Below are positions 63,436 through 64,000 of a DNA stretch of 64,000 nt, one piece after another; the first letter of the stretch is position 1, and every line of letters starts with the position of its first letter. The stretch lies in NCBI GenBank assembly GCA_951406725.2, contig OX597827.1:70246001-70310000 (forward strand), read 5' to 3'. The position numbers and the translations under genes are program-made. This DNA is from Octopus vulgaris. Its lineage: Eukaryota. The notes beneath the pieces are model-generated. The model was not told the DNA's origin. It worked only from the letters and a program-made list of their open reading frames with translations, and did no database searches.

Positions 63436-64000
63436 TTACCAATAATAAATTTTCAGCAGTGGAGAGTCTTCTGTTAATGCAGCAGATAAATCCTGTGAAT
63501 CCGATGTAACATCTTCAGAAACTGTGGGTGGCAAATCAATGGAACACTCGACTTTTTCTTCCTCTTTCACCTCAGCCGTCTCTTTGTTGTCCTCGCTCAG
63601 AGCAGCGGAACTTTGCTTCACATTAATATTTGATAGAATTTGGTCAGAGTGTATTTTAGTATGGCGTAACAAATTACAGTTAGTGGAGAAAGATTTACCA
63701 CAGATATCACATATATACGGCCTCTCAGTGGTGTGCGTCCACTCGTGACGTCGGAGGTTGGTACTGGTGGAGAAGGATTTCAGACAGACAGAACACTGAT
63801 ACGGTCTCTCGTTCGAATGAGTCTGAATGTGACGCTTCAATTGGAAATTGTCTGGGAAGGATTTGTCGCACATGTCACACATGAACGGTTTCTGATCTGT
63901 ATGAGTCCAAATGTGGTGTTTCAGGTGTGTGCTGGTGGAGAAACTCTTTTCGCAGATGACACAACGAAAAGGTTTCTCCGACGTGTGAGTCCGTAAATGG
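63436..64000 (-). CDS. C2H2 zinc-finger protein, 3' part (continues beyond the window): four complete fingers, part of a fifth, and an acidic tail
   Basis: HLRTHTSEKPFRCVICEKSFSTSTHLKHHIWTHTDQKPFMCDMCDKSFPDNFQLKRHIQTHSNERPYQCSVCLKSFSTSTNLRRHEWTHTTERPYICDICGKSFSTNCNLLRHTKIH...PLLKIYYW*. Confidence 0.95.
   Translation of the reverse strand, partial: HLRTHTSEKPFRCVICEKSFSTSTHLKHHIWTHTDQKPFMCDMCDKSFPDNFQLKRHIQTHSNERPYQCSVCLKSFSTSTNLRRHEWTHTTERPYICDICGKSFSTNCNLLRHTKIHSDQILSNINVKQSSAALSEDNKETAEVKEEEKVECSIDLPPTVSEDVTSDSQDLSAALTEDSPLLKIYYW

Overview
AT-rich, repeat-dense eukaryotic DNA that looks like an octopus (coleoid cephalopod) genome. This is inferred from the tRNA-derived CORE-type SINE families, the RTE LINE tails ending in (GAT)n, very dense TA/CA/TATG microsatellites and a tandem C2H2 zinc-finger gene. 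Bases 1-57,000 are intergenic or intronic and consist mostly of nested mobile elements: several SINE families, 5'-truncated RTE/BovB-like LINEs, hAT, Tc1/mariner (DD34D and DD37D) and piggyBac-like MITEs, non-autonomous Helitrons, foldback elements and Penelope-like remnants with minimal hammerhead-ribozyme motifs. Two convincing protein-coding genes lie at the right end, tail to tail. One is a plus-strand gene of unknown function (predicted CDS exons 58074-59408, 61024-61108 and 61567-61574, about 475 aa, low complexity). The other is the 3' end of a minus-strand C2H2 zinc-finger gene (63436 to beyond 64000). Almost all other ORFs in the track are microsatellite or SINE artefacts. I found no CRISPR array, rRNA or intact tRNA gene, and I cannot claim a new biological system. 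The best leads are the hammerhead-bearing remnants, an unusual CpG-rich element carrying an RTE tail with a covarying stem-loop, and the orphan gene. All alignments were made by eye, so repeat boundaries are approximate unless termini or target-site duplications (TSDs) are quoted.
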